Source: Candidatus Altimarinota bacterium (GTDB lineage Bacteria > Patescibacteriota > Gracilibacteria > CAIRYL01 > GCA-016699755). From it: 64,000 nucleotides of DNA. Shown piece after piece: positions 18,361 through 28,386 of the stretch (positions within the stretch are counted from its first letter, which is position 1; each line of letters starts with the position of its first letter). A program made the position numbers and the translations under genes. A model generated the notes under the pieces. That model had not been told where the DNA came from. It did not search any database and saw only the letters and a program-made list of their open reading frames with translations. The stretch spans positions 736,001 to 800,000 of the forward strand of contig OY760935.1 in assembly GCA_963664295.1 (NCBI GenBank), in the 5' to 3' direction.

Positions 18361-19386
18361 ATGAGCGAAGGAAAAAACGAAGCGCTAAAAAACGCACTCT
18401 CACAAATTAAAAAAAGCTATGGCGAAGGTTCAATTATGCAAATGAACGAAGCTTCACATATGAAAACCGAAACAATTTCAACTGGTGCTCTTTCGTTAGA
18501 CATAGCACTTGGAGGGGGTATTCCAAAAGGCAGATTGATTGAAGTTTTCGGCCCAGAAAGCGCAGGTAAAACAACATTAACCCTGCAAATTGCCGCAGAA
18601 GCACAAAAAAAAGGTGGACAAGTTGCCTTCATTGACGCAGAACATGCTTTAAATTCTGAATTTGCTGAAAAAATAGGCTTAGATTTATCAAAATGTACAA
18701 TTTCTCAACCTGATTCCGGAGAAGATGCATTAGAGATTACTGAAATTTTGGTTCGTAGTGGTGCAGTAGATCTAGTTATTGTGGATTCTGTTGCTGCTCT
18801 TACTCCAAAAGCAGAAATCGAAGGAATGATGGGTGATAGCCACATGGGCTTACAAGCAAGATTAATGAGCCAAGCACTAAGAAAACTAACTGGTGCAATC
18901 TCAAAATCAAAATGTACTGTTATTTTTATCAACCAAATTCGCCATAAAATTGGCGTTATGTTCGGTAGCCCAGAAACAACAACAGGAGGTAATGCTCTTA
19001 AATTTTATTCCTCCGTTCGCTTAGACATCCGCAGAATTGCCAAAATCGAACATGGCACAGGCGATGATAAAAAACAAATTGGCAACAAGGTGAGAGTAAA
19101 AGTTGTAAAAAATAAACTCGCTCCTCCATTCCGCCAAGCAGAATTTGACCTAATGTTTTCAGAAGGCATTTCCCGCGAAGGTGATGTGCTCGATCTAGCT
19201 GTTAGCAAAGATATAATCAAAAAAGCAGGTGCATTCTTCTCATATGGAGACACAAAACTAGGTCAAGGACGCGAAAATGCCAAACAATTCTTCCGTGAAA
19301 ACCCTGATTTAATGACAAAAATTGAAAAAGAAATTAAAGAAAACTTAAATAAACCAGAAGAAAAGAAAGAAGCCAAGAAAAAATGA
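18361..19386 (+). CDS. recA: Recombinase A
   Basis: [45 protein letters not shown]. Confidence 0.99.
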   Translation: MSEGKNEALKNALSQIKKSYGEGSIMQMNEASHMKTETISTGALSLDIALGGGIPKGRLIEVFGPESAGKTTLTLQIAAEAQKKGGQVAFIDAEHALNSEFAEKIGLDLSKCTISQPDSGEDALEITEILVRSGAVDLVIVDSVAALTPKAEIEGMMGDSHMGLQARLMSQALRKLTGAISKSKCTVIFINQIRHKIGVMFGSPETTTGGNALKFYSSVRLDIRRIAKIEHGTGDDKKQIGNKVRVKVVKNKLAPPFRQAEFDLMFSEGISREGDVLDLAVSKDIIKKAGAFFSYGDTKLGQGRENAKQFFRENPDLMTKIEKEIKENLNKPEEKKEAKKK

Positions 19387-19853
19387 TTTTAACCGGAGAA
19401 AACAACGAAACATTGCGTAAAAAATCAACAGAAGTTGATTTAAAAAAAAGCAAAGAAATAATTAAAAAATTATTCAAAAATATCTCAAAAAAAGAAGCCG
19501 CGGGCCTTGCGGCTCCGCAAATTGGTGAAAATTATCGAGTTGTATTAGTACAAAATGGAGACGATTTTATGCCCATGATCAACCCAAAAATCACCAGTTT
19601 TTCAGTTAACAAAGAAATTGACGAAGAAGGCTGTCTTTCCTTGCCTAATATCTGGGGAAAAGTGCCAAGACACAGCGAAATAGAAGTGCAATACATAAAC
19701 GAACAAGGCGAAAAAATTCAAAAAAGATTTTCCGGCTGGACAGCACGCGTAATTCAACACGAAATCGATCATTTAGATGGAGTTTTGTTTATTGATCGTG
19801 TCACAGAAGAAAACTCAAGCTTAAGTAATTTAAATAATTTGCAAAAATTATAA
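19383..19853 (+). CDS. def: Peptide deformylase
   Basis: [22 protein letters not shown]. Confidence 0.97.
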   Translation: MILTGENNETLRKKSTEVDLKKSKEIIKKLFKNISKKEAAGLAAPQIGENYRVVLVQNGDDFMPMINPKITSFSVNKEIDEEGCLSLPNIWGKVPRHSEIEVQYINEQGEKIQKRFSGWTARVIQHEIDHLDGVLFIDRVTEENSSLSNLNNLQKL

Positions 19854-19909
19854 TTTTCAAACCTTGACTGTATTAAAAAATAATTATAAGGTGTCTTCCT
19901 CCTTAATAT

Positions 19910-20356
19910 TTGAATATGAAATATTTATCAGCCAACTCACTAAAATTTGCAAGCACTAACAAAATAGACGCAGAGAATTGTCCTGATTTTCAGGGCTTAC
20001 AAACTATAATATCAACACAAGATGAAGTTTTAGCGCGTTTAATCACCTGCATAAACCTAAATCCAGACAATTCATGTACTAAAACAGGACAAAATTGCAC
20101 CTGCCTACAAACAGACGATCTTACGCCCATATCAACAAAAATAATAAATATGGGAGACATAATTTCCATTATTTCAAAAGAAGTAAAATCAACACAATCA
20201 ATAGAGAATTTCAAGCAAAATATTCAAACAATAATCCAAAAAATCCTCAAAGCAATACAAGACGCAGAAGATGACATAAAAACATTTTTTCCAAAAACAA
20301 CCCCAACACACTGCATTAAAAACAGAACCTTCCAAAAACATTTTAAAGAAACCTAA
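19910..20356 (+). CDS. Hypothetical protein
   Basis: 148-aa Cys-containing ORF, no recognisable motif; start may be the ATG at 19916. Confidence 0.55.
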   Translation: MNMKYLSANSLKFASTNKIDAENCPDFQGLQTIISTQDEVLARLITCINLNPDNSCTKTGQNCTCLQTDDLTPISTKIINMGDIISIISKEVKSTQSIENFKQNIQTIIQKILKAIQDAEDDIKTFFPKTTPTHCIKNRTFQKHFKET

Positions 20357-20369
20357 ATCAATAGCTTTG

Positions 20370-21062
20370 TTTGGCGCATTGAAGATTTTTCGTGTGTATC
20401 CTAGGTCAAATAGATATTTAATTGAATAAATTAAAATCCAATAATTAAGGTATTTGTTTTTGTTTTCGCGCTCTTTTAATTTACCTTCAGGGGATTTTTC
20501 GTGTGTATCCTAGGTCAAATAGATATTTAATTAAGTAAATTAAGCACAAAAAAACACCCAGTAATTAAGGTGCTTTTTTGTTTTTGTTTTCGCGCTCTTT
20601 TGACGCCTTGAGGATTTTTTGTGTGTATCCTAGGTCAAAATAAGCTTGGACGACCAATCCACTCTTCTTGCCATCCTTTGGATAGTATTTTCGGTCTTCC
20701 CTGGACCTGCCCCATTGATGTTTTCGAGTCTAGGGCACATATGTCCCTGCTGAAAACGAGGCACTCAGAGCAAGCTCTGAGAAGATGAGCTCTTAAGGCT
20801 AGTCGTGCCAGAAAAGCTACATCGGAAAGCGAAGAAGACGGAACCTTTTCTTATGAAGCAAAAGAGTGTAAAGATGCTAAGAATAATGCTTTTTTTGTTT
20901 TGCTTTCTTGCTCTTTAGTCTTTTCTCTTCTCAAGAAAAGGCTCTTGTCTTTTTCACTTATGGTAAATCTTAAAATTTTCAAAGGTCGTTTTGTTTTTAT
21001 TTGTTTTTTTATTTTTTTGTGTGTATTTGTGTTCGTTTTTTTTGATTTCTGATTTTGTGTTT
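20370..21062 (-). ncRNA. Candidate large structured ncRNA (locus A); strand tentative
   Basis: No ORF of 60 aa or more; minus-strand TTGCCA-17-TAGAAT promoter (21097-21069); boxA-like CTTTGAAAATT (20984-20974); GC-enriched nested helices at 20650-20870. Confidence 0.55.
20384..20639. repeat. Three copies of a 27-nt core GATTTTT(C/T)GTGTGTATCCTAGGTCAAA, in units of 109 and 120 nt
   Basis: Cores at 20384-20410, 20493-20519 and 20613-20639; units 1 and 2 also share TAGATATTTAATT, AATTAAGGT and TTTGTTTTTGTTTTCGCGCTCTTTT. Confidence 0.92.
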
Positions 21063-21284
21063 CAGAACATTCTAATCAAAAAAGCCCAATCTGGCAACTA
21101 AAACCCCTTGCATGAACAATAAAAATATTATTTAAATATAATTTAATATCAAATAAATAGCTTAAATAAGCCATTTTAATTTTTTTGACTTTTACAAAAA
21201 ACATCATATATAATGATATGAATTATTTAGATACAATCAAATAAACACGTAAAATTACGTGCTTATTTTTTATAAACTCATCAT

Positions 21285-22769
21285 CTAAAATCTCTTATCC
21301 TCCAAATACTCAGCTGGCACATATTCAATCGGCAATTCTTCAATTGGCAAATAATCGAGAGGATTAACATGCTCCCCATCTTCAAAAACCTCAAAATGCA
21401 AATGCGGACCAGTGGTCATCACACCAGCACCTTTTGTTCCTGGAGTACCACCAGAAAGACCAATAACCTCTCCTTCTTTTACAGTATCCCCCTCTGTGAC
21501 CAAAATTTTAGAAACATGACCATAAAGAGTAGTTAAATTATTTTTATGAGCCAAAATAATATAAGAATAACCCATACCATTATCTACAACCTTATACACA
21601 TAACCCAAAGCAGGTGCACGAATAACCTTGCCCTGCGCATAGCGAATATCAATAGCATGATGCTTCATACCAAAAGTCACTTCATAACTAGGATCAAGAT
21701 AATAAGCAGTAATACCACCAGAAGGATCAACAGGCCAAACAAAAGGAATTCCCTCATCAGCATCTTCAAAAATCTTACCAACCTCAAAATTTTCATCACT
21801 CTCATTTTCCTCAAATTCCTCACGCACAGTCATAAAAGCATCCTGCTTCTGTGACTCCAAAATCTGCAATTTTTCTCTAATCATCTCCCTATCATCACGC
21901 AAATCTTTAATAGCCTGCACACTATCCTCCATTTGTTCACGAGATTCTTCCCATAATCTCTGATATTCTTTTTGCTTTCCCTGAGTTTGACGAATTAAAT
22001 CTTCTTTTGCCTGCTTTTGCACCTCAATATTGTGCTTCTCCTCTGACAATTTAGCGTTTAATTCTTCCAATCGCTCTTTTTCTTGGTTCAAAACTTTTTG
22101 AGTTTCCTCAACCTGCAACAAGGCCAATTCCATATTGTAAAAAATTTCTCTTTCTGTTTTTTCCCAAGAAGAAAGATACATTTCATTACGCAAATGAGAA
22201 GAAAAAGAGCTATCCGCCAAAAGCAAAGTAATAGTGTTTTTTACCTCATCATCTCTAAGGCGAGCATTTTCCTTTTGAATAAGCTTAAAAAACTTCAAAA
22301 CCACCTCTTTTTGTGCATCTGCCTCTGCTTTTATTTTTTCTTCTTCTTCATAAAGCAAGCCAAGATCGGACTTTTTCTTTAAAATCTGCATTTCAATCGC
22401 AGAAATTTTTTCATTTGTTTGATCAAGTTGTAAGTTTATGTTTTCTAGTTGTTGCTTAAGCAAATTAAGCTCAGAGCGTACCTTAACAAGCATTTGCTCT
22501 GTCACTTGTGTTGCTTTTAGTGAATCACTAAAGTCTTTATATTCCTCATCAAGTGAATATTTTATTCTTTCTAATCTTAGTTTTCCTTCTGCCATACGAT
22601 CAGCAAAACGATCCTTATAAAGCTCCTCCAGCTCTTGTTCAAGATATTTTTCTTCCTCTTCGCTTAATGCTGATGCACTAAAAAACCCTGTCAAAAACAG
22701 TGCTAAAACTAATGTTATTGCTAGTAATACCGATATTTTATTTGTCTTTTTTTTCATATATTTTATCAA
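21285..22769 (-). CDS. Coiled-coil protein with C-terminal M23 peptidase (EnvC/MepM-like)
   Basis: Signal peptide, long coiled coil, HHAIDI, TLYGH, TGPHLHFEV. Confidence 0.92.
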   Translation of the reverse strand: MIKYMKKKTNKISVLLAITLVLALFLTGFFSASALSEEEEKYLEQELEELYKDRFADRMAEGKLRLERIKYSLDEEYKDFSDSLKATQVTEQMLVKVRSELNLLKQQLENINLQLDQTNEKISAIEMQILKKKSDLGLLYEEEEKIKAEADAQKEVVLKFFKLIQKENARLRDDEVKNTITLLLADSSFSSHLRNEMYLSSWEKTEREIFYNMELALLQVEETQKVLNQEKERLEELNAKLSEEKHNIEVQKQAKEDLIRQTQGKQKEYQRLWEESREQMEDSVQAIKDLRDDREMIREKLQILESQKQDAFMTVREEFEENESDENFEVGKIFEDADEGIPFVWPVDPSGGITAYYLDPSYEVTFGMKHHAIDIRYAQGKVIRAPALGYVYKVVDNGMGYSYIILAHKNNLTTLYGHVSKILVTEGDTVKEGEVIGLSGGTPGTKGAGVMTTGPHLHFEVFEDGEHVNPLDYLPIEELPIEYVPAEYLEDKRF

Positions 22770-22859
22770 AGTATTATCTCATAAATAAGCCTTTTTTTCA
22801 AGAAAAACCTCCTTGACGAAGCAAATGAAAAACATAAACAAAAAACAGACTATTTTCTG

Positions 22860-23410
22860 TTGTTACGCCATCGTTGCAAGAACGACGCCAAAGGAGGAGG
22901 ATGCGACAATCCACCCTTGCTGTCATTCTGAGCGAAAAACACACCTTTTCTATCATTCTGAGCGGAAAACACGCCCTTGCTGTCATTCTGAGCGGAATGA
23001 AATGGAGCGAAGAATCTCCTTGTCCATTTGCTCAAATCCTGCCTTAGGTAATTGTGCAGTAATGACAACGGGAGATCCTTCGCTTCGCCTAAAGGCTCGC
23101 TCAGGATGACGAAGTAAGGGGGCTCAGGATGACATTACATTTGTCATTATGGATTTTTTGGGATGTCATTGTGGACTTTTTGGGGTGTCATTGCGGACTT
23201 GATCCGCAATCTTGGGAGGCAGGAGGTGTCATTGTGGGCTACGACCCATTTTTCGCCCCTATCGGGCTTCAAAGGGCAAGTCCACAATCTCCTTGTCCAT
23301 TTGCTCAAGACCTGCCTTAGGCGCCCCTACTTTGTCATTCTGAGCGAAGTCCGCCCAGGCGGATGGAGCGAAGAATCTCCTTGCCCATGTTCTCAAATCC
23401 TGTCTCAGTC
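22860..23410. repeat. Mosaic array of TGTCATT-hairpin palindromic repeats (dRS3/RPE/REP-like)
   Basis: At least 7 TGTCATT heads (e.g. 22921, 22981, 23142, 23164, 23186, 23227, 23333), many followed by a hairpin closing in (G/C)AATC; inverted copies end in ATGAC. Confidence 0.88.
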
Positions 23411-23525
23411 TACCATTTTGGGTTCACTATTGCCCTTCCGGCATTTAAACTAGTACTTATAATTTCTTTGCAAAAATGCCGTTAAAAATTCAACTGAGCA
23501 TAGCGAATAATTTGAATTTTTAGGC

Positions 23526-23802
23526 ATTGAGCAATTTTATTAGAAATTAAAGTATTAGTTTAATAAAGGAAAGGTTTTTAGCAGAATGCGAGGAGGACGG
23601 TGCGAAAAGTGGAGTGGGCGAATTAAATCAATGAGCACACGGAACAAAGAGCATGATTTTTGAAAAAAAACTTTAGTTTTTTTAAAAAAAATCAAGTCCA
23701 ACCCATTCGAGTTTCTTTTTAACTGCAAAAAGAAGGAATAGAAGAAATCAAATCCAACCCATTCAAGTTTCTTTTTGCTTACAAAAAGAAAAGATAGAAA
23801 AA
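23526..23802. repeat. Dispersed ~220-bp non-coding repeat, copy 1 (with internally duplicated 3' module)
   Basis: Near-identical to 47141-47359. Confidence 0.9.
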
Positions 23803-23921
23803 ATGAAAATTAACTCATTCGAACTTAAATTTGACCACAAAAAAAACAAACCAAAAACACCCATCAAAACATTGCATTTATCCCAAAAATATGAGATAAT
23901 ATAAAGATTTTTACAACAAAA

Positions 23922-24239
23922 GTGGTAAACACAATCAAACTAATCGAATTCGTCAAAAATTCCCAAATCAGCGAAGAACAAAAAAAAACCCTCATGCCAG
24001 TAATACAAGTCGCAGACGAAGACACAAAAAAACAAATCTACTTCAAAATCAAAGAATTTGAAGACAATTTAGAAAAAATCCGCCAAGGAAAAATGCCACT
24101 AAGCCCAGAAATCGCCAAATACGCAGAAGAAAAAACAAAACAAATCCGCACACAAGCAAGAAAACAAGGCGAAAAAATAACTCGCGATTACGAAGAACAA
24201 GAAGCAGAAAAAGAACTTCAAACACTTTTATCAAAATAA
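23922..24239 (+). CDS. Hypothetical helical protein
   Basis: GTG start; promoter-like TTGCAT...GATAAT upstream; 1 nt before the next gene. Confidence 0.7.
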   Translation: MVNTIKLIEFVKNSQISEEQKKTLMPVIQVADEDTKKQIYFKIKEFEDNLEKIRQGKMPLSPEIAKYAEEKTKQIRTQARKQGEKITRDYEEQEAEKELQTLLSK

Positions 24240-24240
24240 A

Positions 24241-25677
24241 ATGGCAGAAGCAGAAACACCAAATCTACAATTTGATCAAGCAGAAGCAGTTGCAAAAAAT
24301 CCAGAAGCAGACACTGATACAAACGGCAGTATTGATAAACAGAAAACAATAGCAAGCTTTACAACAGCAGTAAAAGAGGATATTGCTGAAATCAGAAATG
24401 CAATGAAAGACTTGCCTGATGACAATACAGCTAAAACTCAATTCGAAGCAAATCAAACACAGCAACTAACAGCACTGGAAACAGCACTTAAAGACAAACA
24501 AGAGACAGAACTTATAGACGCAATGAATACCTTTGTAGAAACCCTTAACACAAAATTCCAAGACGCAATAAAAGTAGCCGAAGGCGCACAAACAAAAGCA
24601 AAAGCAAAAGCACTAGCACCAAGCAACCAAGAAACGTCTAGTAAGTCACCAAACGCAGTAGAAAATGTCAAAGGCAAAGCCAATGAGTTCGCAGAAAACA
24701 TGGTCAAACAAGCAGAAGAGCTAGGTTTACCAAAAGACATGCTCGCCTCCATATTAAAAGGACTCTGCAACATTGCCTTTCTTGGTGATATTTTCAAACC
24801 AATATATGAAAGACTCCGCGCCGACAATATAAAAAATGATGTTAATCAAATTTTAGGAACAGATCACAAACTAAATGATGCTGAAATGGTTAAGCTTTAT
24901 GATTACTATGAAGCAATAATCAACAAAAAAGATGAAAAAACAACAGCAAAAGATATTCTTACCGGTCCACCAACTTTTGCAGCATTTTTAAATCATACTA
25001 TAACTAAAGGTACAAAGCCAGATGGTGGCTGGACATACAAAGCTTTAGTTGAAGCCATATCAGAAGAAAACCCAAAAGCTGAAAAACAACTTACGCCAGA
25101 CAAAGCAGTAGTTACAACAGGTGAAGTAAATCAAGATCAAGAAACTCAACAAGAAAAAGCTCTAGATGCTAATCAAAAAAATAAAGCACTAGAAGCAGTA
25201 AGTGAGCAATTTAAAAATGCAAAAATTAATGACTTAATTGGTATTCACACAAAGGGCAAATATCCTAATGGCTTCAAATTAGATGACGCTGTGAAAGAGC
25301 TAGTGGAGAGTGCAACAACAACAGCAAAAGAAACAACGAACACGGTAACAGAAGTAAAAACAGCACCTGCAAACACAGAATTAACAGAATTTTTTACAAC
25401 ACAATTAAGCAAGCCGGACTTTATCAAGCTGGCAATGGCGCACATTATCCTAAAAAAACTAGAACTGAATACTACTACAGACAATGTTACAATCAATGAA
25501 AATGGAGGCTTTGAGCTTACAATCAAGCCAACAAGTGGTGATAATAAAACAATTACTGTCACAAAATCCACTGCTAATGGGCAAACATGGAAAATTGATA
25601 ATGCAGATTATGCAGACGACACAAAATTAGCTGAATACATTAAGACAATTAAGAGCACAAGTGCAAAAGGCGCATAA
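24241..25677 (+). CDS. Hypothetical Ala/Thr/Lys-rich protein
   Basis: 478-aa ORF with genome-like codon usage; no recognisable domain. Confidence 0.8.
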   Translation: MAEAETPNLQFDQAEAVAKNPEADTDTNGSIDKQKTIASFTTAVKEDIAEIRNAMKDLPDDNTAKTQFEANQTQQLTALETALKDKQETELIDAMNTFVETLNTKFQDAIKVAEGAQTKAKAKALAPSNQETSSKSPNAVENVKGKANEFAENMVKQAEELGLPKDMLASILKGLCNIAFLGDIFKPIYERLRADNIKNDVNQILGTDHKLNDAEMVKLYDYYEAIINKKDEKTTAKDILTGPPTFAAFLNHTITKGTKPDGGWTYKALVEAISEENPKAEKQLTPDKAVVTTGEVNQDQETQQEKALDANQKNKALEAVSEQFKNAKINDLIGIHTKGKYPNGFKLDDAVKELVESATTTAKETTNTVTEVKTAPANTELTEFFTTQLSKPDFIKLAMAHIILKKLELNTTTDNVTINENGGFELTIKPTSGDNKTITVTKSTANGQTWKIDNADYADDTKLAEYIKTIKSTSAKGA

Positions 25678-25687
25678 AAAAATCGTC

Positions 25688-26075
25688 TGTCATTGTGGGC
25701 TTTTTGGGATGTCATTGTGGGCTTGACCCGCAATCTCGGGAGGTGTCATTCCGAGCAAAAAACACACCCTTGCTGTCATTCTGAGCGGAGTGAAACGGAG
25801 CGAAGAGTCTCCTTGAACATGCGCTCAAACACTGCCTTAGGTAATGCAACAGTAATGACAACGGGAGATCCTGAATCGAGTTCAGGATGACAGAAAAAAG
25901 AGGCGGGAGGTGTCATTGTGGATTTTTTGGATTGTCATTGTGGGCTACGACCCGCAATCTCGGGAGGTGTCATTCCGAGCGAATCCTTCGTAGCTTTAGC
26001 GAAGAAGGAGAGCCGAGGAATCTCCTTGGACATGCGCTCAAACACTGCCTTAGGTAATGCAACAGTAATGACAAC
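25688..26075. repeat. Second mosaic array of TGTCATT-hairpin repeats
   Basis: At least 7 TGTCATT heads; shares modules (e.g. CTCCTTG..CAT..GCTCAAA..CTGCCTTAGGTAA) with 22860-23410. Confidence 0.88.
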
Positions 26076-26077
26076 TA

Positions 26078-28330
26078 CTAAATCCTCTCGTGAAAAGTAC
26101 GAGAAATCACCTCTTTTTGTTGTTCACGAGTCAAAGTCACAAACCGCACCGCATAACCAGAAACACGAATAGTAAGTTGCGGATATTTTTCCGGATGATC
26201 CATAGCATCTTGCAAAAGATCACGCTTAAGCACATTTACATTCAAATGATGACCACCCTTAAGAAAATAACCATCCAAAAGCGCCTTGAGATTATCAATT
26301 CTTTGCTCATCGGTCTTACCCAAAGACGCAGGCACAATTGAAAAAGTATTAGAAATACCATCCAAACAGTCATCATAAGAAATTTTAGCCACAGAATTCA
26401 AAGAAGCCACAGCACCATTTGTGTCTCGATTGTGCATTGGATTAGCACCAGGAGCAAAAGGCGCACCCGCCTCCCTGCCATCTGGAGTTGCCCCAGTATG
26501 ATGACCATAAACCACATTAGCAGTAATAGTTAAAATACTAAGAGTGTGCTCAGCATTACGATAAGTTTTATGCTCTTTTAAGCATTTAATAAACTCATGC
26601 ACCACTTCTTTAGCAATATCATCAACCCGATCATCATCATTACCAAATTTTGGAAAATCACCCTCAATCTCAAAACTTTTTGCCACACCATTTTCATCTC
26701 GCACAGCTTTTACTTTTGCATATTTAATAGCAGACAAGCTATCAGCAACAACCGAAAAACCAGCAATTCCAAAAGCCATAAATCGCTTTACGTCACTATC
26801 ATGAAGTGCCATTTGGCTATTTTCATAGTGATATTTGTCATGCATATAATGGATCAAGTTCATGGTTTTGACATATTTTTCTGCCAACCATTTCATATTT
26901 TCAAAAAACACCTTTTTCACCTCGTCATAATCAAGTTTTTCTTTATTTTTTAATTCTGGTGCGTTATCACGAATTGGCGAATTATCCAGCTCATCTTTGC
27001 CCTCATTAATACTCATTAAAAGCAATTTTGCCAAATTACAACGAGCACCAAAAAATTGCATCTCCTTGCCTACCGCCATAGCAGAAACACAACAAGCAAT
27101 TGCATAGTCATCACCAAAACGAGGACGCATCAATTCATCACTCTCAAACTGAATTGCACAGGTTGTGCTAGCTATTTTAGAAGAAAATTTCTTAAAACCA
27201 TCTGGCAAATCTTGCGACCAAGCCACAGTAAGATTTGGTTCTGGTGCAGGCCCAAGACTATTAAGAGTGTGCAACAACCTAAAAGAAGTTTTTGTCACCA
27301 AAGTTCGCCCATCAAGCCCCTGTCCACCAAGCAAGCAAGTGACCCAAGTAGGATCACCAGCAAAAAGCTCATCATATTCAGGTACGCGTAAGTGACGAGC
27401 TAATCTCAATTTCACTACAAAATCATCTATAATTTCCTGCACCTTTTCTTCAGTCAAAACTCCTTTTTTGACATCTCGCTCAGCATAAATATCCAAAAAT
27501 GCATCAATACGCCCAAAGCTCATTGCCGCGCCATCTTGTTCTTTGATAGCCGATAAATATCCAAAATAAGTCCATTGCACAGCCTCCTGAAAATTATCCG
27601 CAGGCTTTGAAATATCAAATCCATATCCCTCCGCCATAATTTTCATGTCTTTTAAGGCTTTAATCTGCATATTTATCTCTTCTCGAGCATGAATATCATC
27701 ACCAGTCATTTCATTAAAATTCTCATTCATATAAATAATTTTGTCCTCAATAAGCCGATCAATACCATACAAAGCCACTCTACGATAATCACCAATAATA
27801 CGACCACGCCCATAATTATCTGGCAAGCCAGTGATAATGCCTTTTTTTCTTAATAATTGTCCATCTGGAGCATGAAAATCGTCCCAAGTTTTATAAACAC
27901 TAAAAACCGCATCATTATGCGTTGTTCTATATTTTGTAAAAATTTCTTCAATTTCTGGATCAAGATGATAACCATATGCCTCGGAAGCACGCTCAACCAA
28001 ACGCACACCACCATTTGGTTTTATTCCTCTTTTTAATGGCTCGTCAGTTTGCACGCCAAAAATTAACTCGTTTTCTTTGTCGATATAACCTGGCTTATGA
28101 CTAGTAATTGTTGATGGTGTTTTTATATCAATATCCAAAACTCCACCTTTTTCTTGTTCTTTTTTTAATAAACGCAAAATTTTCTGCCAAATTTTTTGGG
28201 TTCGTTCAGTAGGACAAGCCAAAAACTGATCATCGCCCTCATAAGGCAGATAATTTTGTTGAATAAAATCACGCACATTAATTTCCTTTTGCCAATCGCC
28301 TCCTTTAAATTCTGTGTGTATCTTTGACAT
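26078..28330 (-). CDS. pflB: Pyruvate formate-lyase (formate C-acetyltransferase)
   Basis: [28 protein letters not shown] (catalytic Cys pair), [11 protein letters not shown] (glycyl radical). Confidence 0.98.
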   Translation of the reverse strand: MSKIHTEFKGGDWQKEINVRDFIQQNYLPYEGDDQFLACPTERTQKIWQKILRLLKKEQEKGGVLDIDIKTPSTITSHKPGYIDKENELIFGVQTDEPLKRGIKPNGGVRLVERASEAYGYHLDPEIEEIFTKYRTTHNDAVFSVYKTWDDFHAPDGQLLRKKGIITGLPDNYGRGRIIGDYRRVALYGIDRLIEDKIIYMNENFNEMTGDDIHAREEINMQIKALKDMKIMAEGYGFDISKPADNFQEAVQWTYFGYLSAIKEQDGAAMSFGRIDAFLDIYAERDVKKGVLTEEKVQEIIDDFVVKLRLARHLRVPEYDELFAGDPTWVTCLLGGQGLDGRTLVTKTSFRLLHTLNSLGPAPEPNLTVAWSQDLPDGFKKFSSKIASTTCAIQFESDELMRPRFGDDYAIACCVSAMAVGKEMQFFGARCNLAKLLLMSINEGKDELDNSPIRDNAPELKNKEKLDYDEVKKVFFENMKWLAEKYVKTMNLIHYMHDKYHYENSQMALHDSDVKRFMAFGIAGFSVVADSLSAIKYAKVKAVRDENGVAKSFEIEGDFPKFGNDDDRVDDIAKEVVHEFIKCLKEHKTYRNAEHTLSILTITANVVYGHHTGATPDGREAGAPFAPGANPMHNRDTNGAVASLNSVAKISYDDCLDGISNTFSIVPASLGKTDEQRIDNLKALLDGYFLKGGHHLNVNVLKRDLLQDAMDHPEKYPQLTIRVSGYAVRFVTLTREQQKEVISRTFHERI

Positions 28331-28386
28331 AATGATTAAAAAATATCTTTAAAGAGAATAAAGAAAAGCAAATTAAAAAGCAAAGC

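Noticed and set aside
20384-20639. CRISPR array
   Set aside because: Inter-repeat segments are 82-93 nt and homologous to each other, there are only three cores, and there are no cas genes in the window
21185-21270. Plus-strand TTGACT-18-TATAAT promoter with a short hairpin, as a separate sRNA
   Set aside because: Very AT-rich context; the hairpin is adequately explained as the terminator of the M23 gene
20900-21280. Replication origin in the long intergenic gap
   Set aside because: No cluster of DnaA boxes (TTATCCACA) seen and no dnaA/dnaN nearby
22798-23453. Short ORFs in the first palindrome array (and at 25693-26172 in the second)
   Set aside because: Translations (CHSERK.., VILSE..) simply mirror the DNA repeats; overlapping frames on both strands
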